Assembly (NCBI GenBank): GCA_002189035.1
Contig: NEEC01000002.1
Location: 6,076,001 to 6,140,000, forward strand
Length of the DNA stretch: 64,000 nucleotides
DNA from: Utricularia gibba
Lineage: Eukaryota; Plantae; Magnoliophyta
Reading direction: 5' to 3'
Position numbers and translations under genes: made by a program
The notes under the pieces: generated by a model
The model's database searches: none
What the model saw: the letters and a program-made list of their open reading frames with translations, nothing else
Told to the model about the DNA's origin: nothing
Shown: positions 56,973 to 64,000 of the stretch, piece by piece
Numbering within the stretch: the stretch's first letter is position 1
Layout of the letters: each line of letters opens with the position of its first letter

Positions 56973-58688
56973 ATGCTGCGAAGATTTACGCTTTCTCGTC
57001 ATTTCTTATGTAAAACTGCAAGACCAATGGGTGATGGTGTTCCTTCATCAGTTCGCTGGAAGGTTCGCGGCTGCTGCATTTCATTGTGGGATTCAATACT
57101 TCCATCTAACGCAAGTTTTTTATATTGTTGGAATTCGAGTGTGGCTGTTGAGCGCTCTTTTCAGTTGAATACATCACTTTTAACTCAGCATCTGAGACAT
57201 TTTTGTATAGTAGAGCCCTTCGAAACAGAGAAAGAGTCTGCAGTTGATGAATGCGATCCTGCTGGTAACGTCCACAAAACAGTGTTGGATCATGCGCGTC
57301 CGGAATATAAAATGGAGGCAGCTCTTGATGGTTTAGGCATCCGACTGACTACTACTTTGGTGGTGGAGGTTCTACACAGGCTTAGATTTGATGAGAAATT
57401 AGCATTGAGGTTCTTTACTTGGGCGGGGCACAGTGAATATTATAGCCATGAGACTGAGTCCTACAATAAGATGATTGACATACTCTCCTGTACTAAGCAC
57501 AAGGTCAAGCAGTTTGGTATTGTCTGTGATGTTCTTGATCATATGAAAAGATCAAAAAAGGCATCGATTCCCATTGATGGGCTACTAACTATTTTGAAGC
57601 AGTATACTGAGAAGCACTTGACGCATCTTCAGAAGATTGTCAAGAGGAACAAGAAGATAAGGGTCAAGTCACAACCTGAGATCAATGCATTTAACATGCT
57701 TCTGGATGCCTTGTGTAAGTGTTCCCTTGTTGAGGATGCACAGTCCATGTTCGATAGGGTGAAGAACAAGGTAAATCCTAATACGGAAACATACAACATT
57801 TTGTTTTTTGGATGGTGCAGGGTCAGAAATCCAACTAGAGCCATGAATGTGCTTGAAAATATGATCAGCAGTGGTCACACGCCTGAGAATTTCACGTATA
57901 ACACTGCTATCGATACCTTTTGCAAAGCAGGGATGTTGAATGAAGCTACTGAGCTTTTGGAATTCATGAAGACAAAGGGCTCCACATCCTCTTCTCCGAC
58001 AGCAAAAACATTCTCAATCATGATAATTGCACTAGCTCAGAATGACAGAATGGAATCCTGCTTTAAAGTCTTATCTGATATGATGCAGAGGGGATGTCTT
58101 CCTGATGTTTCAACATACATGGAACTAATAGAAGGCATGTACCTCTCTGGCAAATCCGAAACAGCTTACAAGTTCCTGGATCAGATGACGCACATGGGGT
58201 ACCCTCCAGATATCGTTACTTACAACTGCTTCCTCAAAGTCCTATGTGATCACGACGATGCCGAAGAAGCACTTCTTCTCTACAAGAAAATGACAGAAGC
58301 CAGATGCACTCCCAGCGTGCAAACATACAATATTATGATCTCCATGTTCTTCAGGATCAAAGACTTTGATGGTGCATTCGAGACATGGAGTGAGATGGAA
58401 CAACGAGGGTGTTTCCCGGACACCGAGAGCTATTGCTCGATGATCGAGGGACTGTTCGCGTGTGGGAATTCCAGAGATGCAGTGCTGCTTCTGGACAGAG
58501 TTATGAACATGGGAATGCAGCTTCCGTATAAGAAGTTTGATGAGTTCCTGGCGCACCTTTCAGCTGCTGGTGACTTGCAAACCATTCACAGGCTTTCTGA
58601 TCACATGCGGCAGTTCTACAACCCTGCCATGGCGAGGCGCTTCGCTGTCAGCCAGAAGCGTAGAAGCCTGAGCTTGCGAGGTAAGTGA
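56973..58688 (+). CDS. P-class pentatricopeptide repeat protein, probably mitochondrial (At1g73400-like), intronless
   Basis: Probable ATG at 56973 (MLRRF, transit-peptide-like). Tandem 35-aa repeats (FNMLLDALCK, YNILFFGWCR, YNTAIDTFCKAG, YNCFLKVLC, YCSMIEGLF). Confidence 0.92.
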   Translation: MLRRFTLSRHFLCKTARPMGDGVPSSVRWKVRGCCISLWDSILPSNASFLYCWNSSVAVERSFQLNTSLLTQHLRHFCIVEPFETEKESAVDECDPAGNVHKTVLDHARPEYKMEAALDGLGIRLTTTLVVEVLHRLRFDEKLALRFFTWAGHSEYYSHETESYNKMIDILSCTKHKVKQFGIVCDVLDHMKRSKKASIPIDGLLTILKQYTEKHLTHLQKIVKRNKKIRVKSQPEINAFNMLLDALCKCSLVEDAQSMFDRVKNKVNPNTETYNILFFGWCRVRNPTRAMNVLENMISSGHTPENFTYNTAIDTFCKAGMLNEATELLEFMKTKGSTSSSPTAKTFSIMIIALAQNDRMESCFKVLSDMMQRGCLPDVSTYMELIEGMYLSGKSETAYKFLDQMTHMGYPPDIVTYNCFLKVLCDHDDAEEALLLYKKMTEARCTPSVQTYNIMISMFFRIKDFDGAFETWSEMEQRGCFPDTESYCSMIEGLFACGNSRDAVLLLDRVMNMGMQLPYKKFDEFLAHLSAAGDLQTIHRLSDHMRQFYNPAMARRFAVSQKRRSLSLRGK

Positions 58689-59578
58689 CTGAGATGACTC
58701 CCTGGTGTAATCTCCTCATCTCTTGTATTGTCTATGCTTTAAAAGTAGCCTTTTTTTTTAGTAAAAAAAAAAAGGAGTGAGAAGTATTTATTATTGAATT
58801 TTTAGGTAATATTAGATTTAGTTGTGATTTTAAAAGATGACTTTGAAAAATGACCATTCTATTATTACTATATATTAAAAATAATCATTAAAATTTTAAT
58901 CTTAGTGTATGAGAAAGAATGTTAGTATAGTTAATTTTAAAAAGTATCGATTTTAAATGGTGATTTATTTAAATTAAATGTTTGAAAAAAAATTTTATTT
59001 TAAAGAGATATTTTAATTTTAAGTCCATTTATATAATTTGAAAATTTGTATGCATGTGATGGGTTGTTTTATTTTAAATTTTATTTGATTTTCAATTATA
59101 TACTTTAATTTTAAAATAAGTATTTTTGTTGTTTAAAAAATTATGATTAAACTATTATATTTCATGAATTATTTATAATAATAATTAGATTACATTCGAT
59201 AAAATTATGATTTAAGATTGTTTTTTTATTTTTAAAAATAAAATTGAAAAGTAATGAATTATGAAAATCCAATTAAATGTAAAAAACTAAAAACACGGAG
59301 AAAAAGAGGAGGTACATCCAACATGCATTTATTCGATTAAAAGCACGTGATGATATTCCAAGAATCAGAATTTCACCGGAGATTCGTCGGTAAAAGTGGG
59401 TTAACGGTCTAACCAGTCAGGGAACGTTTGAATCGTAAAGATACAGTTTTTACCATTTACCGTGATTCGTCCGCCACCTATATATAAGCCCCGCTTCATG
59501 TGTGTATCGTCTCTGGTGGTTTTTCCGCACTTTGTTGGTTTCCATTTGTGCAGTGTGTATACACTACAGTGCGCATAA

Positions 59579-61410
59579 ATGGCGGCGGCTGCTGGAACCG
59601 GAAGTGGTGGTTTGATCATTAGCTTCGGGGAGATGCTGATCGACTTCGTGCCCACTGTTTCTGGGGTGTCGCTGGCGGAGGCGCCTGGGTTTCTCAAAGC
59701 GCCGGGTGGTGCGCCGGCGAACGTCGCGATCGCGGTAGCGAGGTTGGGCGGGAATGCGGCTTTCGTCGGGAAGCTGGGAGATGATGAGTTTGGGCAAATG
59801 TTGGCTGGGATTCTGAAGGAGAATGGGGTCTCTGCGGAGGGGGTCAACTTCGACTCCGGCGCGCGGACGGCACTGGCGTTCGTTACTTTGCGTGCTGATG
59901 GGGAGCGGGAGTTCATGTTCTATAGGAATCCTAGCGCTGATATGCTGCTCACCCGGAGGAGTTGAATCTTGACCTTATCAGATCTGTGAGTTTCCAACTC
60001 TTTACTCTGGTTTTGGATGCACTGATGGTGTTTGTGTCTGTGCCTGAATGATGATGTTCAAGCTTTCTTTCTTTCGCGTCACATGATAGTGTTCTTACTG
60101 ACTTTTGGGTTGAGGTGGCAAGTGCAATTTACTCCGTTTGTGGTGGAGAAAAAAAAAGATGGTCCTGGTTTAGCGAGTTGTTCCTTGTACCGAATTCCCA
60201 TCGTCCCCTATCTCTGCATTTACCGAGCTTTTCTTTAGCTGCACTCTAAGCTGATTGTTGGGCTTCAATGAAAATGGTTGGAATCATGTTCTCTTTTGCT
60301 CATGAATATCGTAGATATTCATTTTTTGAATGGTTATGTACAGGCAAAAGTGTTCCACTACGGATCAATCAGCTTGATCGTGGAGCCATGCCGATCAGCT
60401 CATCTGAAAGCGATGGAGGTTGCTAAGGAGGCTGGTGCTTTGCTTTCATATGATCCAAATCTCCGGCTACCCCTGTGGGCCTCGCCTGATTATGCTCGGG
60501 AGCAGATCATGAGCATATGGGACAAGGCAGATGTGATCAAGGTCAGTGATGTGGAACTGGAATTCCTCACTGGGAACAACAAAATTGATGATGAATCAAC
60601 CATGACTCTCTGGCACCCAAACTTGAAACTCCTGCTGGTTACCTTGGGAGAGAATGGATGCAGATACTACACTCAGGTACTCGCTTTCTGCACTGAATTG
60701 TTTTTAGTTGACTTCAAACTTCTACATCAGAGGACAGTGGAAAAAGAAAAGGCTTTCAAACTTCTTGCTCTTGAAAGAGTGGTAAAGAGATGGTGCTTGA
60801 GCTCCATCATCCTTGTGCTGTTCAGGATCACAAAGTGTGTGGGAATCGATTCTTTATAAAAAGAACAGATAAACAACCTTAGAATCTGCTTCGACTTCAT
60901 AATCGAATCCTCACCGGGATGCACTATCTTTGACACTTTGATGCATCCATCTTTAAGTTTATTTGTCCTGTTCAGTTATAAGATTCCTAACTTGGAAAAT
61001 AAAAAATTAGCCTGTGCTGAATCACACTGGCTGTTGCATTCGAAGACTACTACTTCCTTAACCTGCACTTGTTTTCTTTGGGGTGCCCAGAGTTTCCATG
61101 GAGCTGTGGATGCATTTCAAGTGAAAACAGTGGACACAACAGGAGCAGGCGACTCTTTTGTGGGAGCTCTACTCACTAAGATCGTTGATGATCACTCCAT
61201 CATCGAGGTAACTTTCGAGTACCCAGAGTTTCCATGGAGGTGAGGTTCAAAATGATTTGGATTACGTTTGTTTGGTGATAGAACGAGGCTAGACTCAAGG
61301 AGGTGCTGAAGTTTGCATGTGCTTGTGGAGCTATTACCACAACACAGAAAGGAGCAATCCCTTCTCTTCCAACTCCTGACAAAGTGCTTAATCTTCTCAA
61401 TGGCTTTTGA
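59579..61410 (+). CDS. FRK: Fructokinase (pfkB family, FRK1/2-like), 4 exons, apparent 1-bp deletion near 59953
   Basis: Exons 59579-59985, 60344-60676, 61091-61207, 61282-61410. Motifs [56 protein letters not shown]. Confidence 0.92.
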
Positions 61411-62128
61411 AACGAAGGGGAGAGGACAGGGCGGACTCATCCCCTGCTTGTTCACTATGTTTCTGTGATTCAGAAACAATCATCTTTTTTCATGTGGGAT
61501 ATGTGACAGTTTTAACTGTTAAATGATAATGCCGAAGCACTTTTCCCCCCAAGTCTTCACTACCTTTAGAAATATAACAATATATCTTCATGGCATCCGA
61601 CACATCTCGGACACAATACTAATCAAAAGGGAAGTTGAGACAACTTTTAACAAAAATCAGCATGTAAGAATAAATGTGATATCAATGAGATGGCATATGA
61701 ATGGTAGCATAAACAACAGGGCAGGGTGCCGTTCAGCAACGAACTACATACACAGTTATCTACAGAAGAAAATTCCAAGTGCCATACTTCACACAATCTA
61801 CAGGTTCAATTGAAAGAATTCTGGAATATGCATACAATCATGATGCAGCTGAAGGCCAGGTGCTAGGATCTAACCTTCAAAGAAATTCTTCATTTTTTTA
61901 CATGGGAGATGAACCAGTTGTCGAGCTTCTGTGTGAAATCATATAAAATGTGTTCAAGAGCAAGAAAAAGTAAAACAAAACTGTATCAGTGAGAATATCA
62001 GGCATTAAGTGATGAGGCAAGCCACGTTAGTCAAAATCACAGAGGTTTCATGAAGTGGTCCGTGCAATCAAATTGCTGAATCACGCAAGCTGGGATAAAC
62101 AGGGGCTAATTAGTACCTGGTGCATTGA

Positions 62129-63022
62129 CTACTTGTGTTCATCAGCAGAACCGTGATCAGCTTCCACAGAACCTTGATGGATAATATTAGAGATTCCATG
62201 TCCAATAGATTGCCAAAAGCTAGTATTCTGAGATGAAACTGATTCATGAGATGGAAACTCAACTTGTCTTGCCGAAGCTGCATCTAGCTCAGAGAATCTT
62301 ATAGCACCTAAGATTCGCTCTGGTAACTCCGATTCATCTTGGCCCTCGATGAGAAAAGCCAAATCAACGGTAAGTGTTCTTAAGTATCCAAATGCCAGAT
62401 GAACTATAGCATTTGCAATCACTGAAGATCCAACATCTATATCAACCTCTATAAAGTTTTCACCTAAAGAATACTTGCACCTAAGTGCCCTACCAATTAT
62501 GCAAATAGCCTGCTCCCCAACTGCAGCTCTCACAATCCAGGGACCTTTCACTATGTTAGCTATCATCTTTAGCCTCGCATTCCGAAATCCATCATCCTCC
62601 TTTAAGAACTTTGCAATCAAAGAATCCTCCTGATTGTTTTCCATCCCCACAAAATAAGCAATCGCAGAGAAGTTTTCTTTAGTTGGGACTTGTAAATTGA
62701 AAGCCCAAACAAAGGGATTGCAACCTTTTGAGCATTCATCATCCAGTGCTCTCCTAATGTGATATTCAGAGTTATTCAACAATTCTGAAACCTTAGATGA
62801 TCCTCCTTTAACCCAATCAAAACCTAAGGGCTTTAGAAGATAATCTCCACCTGGTATCTTCTCCTTTGTTGTCAGATACTCAGGACCACGAACTTTGAAA
62901 ATATCGCCAGGTGGGGAAGCCCAGCCATTTGAACAATCATCTGGATCACGAAGAGGAACAGAACCCTCTGATTTCACTCGTTCAATCCAATCAAGACATG
63001 GGCTTTCCTCAGGGTTTTCCAT
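62129..63022 (-). CDS. EDR2-like C-terminal (DUF1336) domain protein, 297 aa, intronless
   Basis: GWASPPGDIFKVRGPEYL, FRNARLKMIANIVKGPWIVR, NFIEVDIDVGSS, VDLAFLIEGQDESELPERILG. Confidence 0.9.
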   Translation of the reverse strand: MENPEESPCLDWIERVKSEGSVPLRDPDDCSNGWASPPGDIFKVRGPEYLTTKEKIPGGDYLLKPLGFDWVKGGSSKVSELLNNSEYHIRRALDDECSKGCNPFVWAFNLQVPTKENFSAIAYFVGMENNQEDSLIAKFLKEDDGFRNARLKMIANIVKGPWIVRAAVGEQAICIIGRALRCKYSLGENFIEVDIDVGSSVIANAIVHLAFGYLRTLTVDLAFLIEGQDESELPERILGAIRFSELDAASARQVEFPSHESVSSQNTSFWQSIGHGISNIIHQGSVEADHGSADEHK

Positions 63023-63539
63023 AAAGCAATAATCTGTTCAGGAACAAAAACCAACCAACATCAGGGCAGTCCATCCAATGCTTCTTCAAGTAAACAGAAG
63101 AGAAATTTCACCTGTAAGCAGACACAACAAGAATGCGGGATCTGGGGGCCGGAGCTGTAGATCACGCAGAGATTCTTTGAAAATGAGTTGCAACCGTTGC
63201 GTATGATCAACACTGAATCGATGAGGTGGATCTCAGCCAACTGCAAATTCCAGACTCAATCCTCTTTAAGCAAAATCACATTTTGCTTTGAAATTTCAGT
63301 TACAAGCAAGGTATCTTTTTCCAATAAACAAATGAAATTTAATTGCATAATGTTTTCCCACCTTCCAATTTTACCCTTCAATTCCAATATTTAAACGGAT
63401 TAAAAATAAATCCTATTGTAATTCAAAAAGGTTTCGAGTGTGTTATGTAATTTGAAATTGTATTTTAAACTATGTAGAATAAAATTATTGTTTTTAAAAA
63501 TATATTAATAAAAGCAATTTGATATTCTAAAATTATTTT

Positions 63540-63840
63540 ATACAATAATATAAATTTAATAATATTATTTATTTATTTATTTAAATTTTAATAGATTAAA
63601 TTATTATATAATTTCATATTATAATATAAATATATTTTTAGAATAGATAAAAAGAGAATGATATACTATTTTAATTAATTTTATTTAATCTCTTAAACAT
63701 AGATTCCAGAAATTCATGATTTCTAAAGTTAATTACAGAATATAAATTTCTAATTTTACTATATAGCAGTTAAAAATTGAAATCCTTAAAAATTAAACAT
63801 AATTAATTCAAAAAATTAATAACATATAACAAGCCCTATA
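63540..63840. repeat. AT-rich dispersed repeat (probable non-autonomous TE), related to ~30500-30830
   Basis: Shared ordered blocks AATAGATAAAA, TTATTTAATCTCT.AAACATAGATT, AAAAATTGAA, AAAAATTAAACA, ATAACA.GCC.T. Confidence 0.5.
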
Positions 63841-64000
63841 TTTCCATAAACTGATGATTTTGAATATGAACACTCTATGAGAATGGTAATGAATCCATTA
63901 CATAGTTATTTAGTTTGTGTTTATAAAATGAAAATAATGTTTTTTCCTTATCTATTTTTTATAGAAAAGAAAATTAAAAAATATATAAATCATAAAAAAA

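Overview
Gene-dense plant (angiosperm) nuclear DNA with short introns; no prokaryotic, CRISPR, rRNA or tRNA features. Gene models were spliced by eye and family calls come from recalled motifs, not database searches. Left to right: an NDUFAF2/mimitin-like gene, beta-1,2-xylosyltransferase XYLT and syntaxin SYP5. Next is a ~7 kb tandem duplication (5918-12928 / 12926-20762) holding three MBOAT wax-synthase/sterol-acyltransferase-like genes, a destroyed SYP5 copy, a DUF3537 3' fragment, a truncated Copia element, a TRIM, a MITE and LTR/Harbinger relics. Then follow the intact DUF3537 gene, CNOT9/RCD1, a class III peroxidase, an aldo-keto reductase, an IQD gene, a CMP-sialic-acid-transporter-like gene, an ARI8-like pseudogene, an NLP8/9 nitrate transcription factor, a PPR gene, a fructokinase and an EDR2-like DUF1336 gene. 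The most unusual object is a 5565-bp Copia element inserted in NLP exon 1 (49305-54869). It has identical 446-bp LTRs and a 5-bp TSD, an 18-nt primer-binding site matching tRNA-Trp rather than tRNA-iMet, and TG...TA termini. Its pol frame reads through the PPT ~80 codons into the LTR, encoding a motif conserved through synonymous changes in a related element at 13 kb. Many frameshifts in the window are single-base homopolymer deletions and may be assembly errors.
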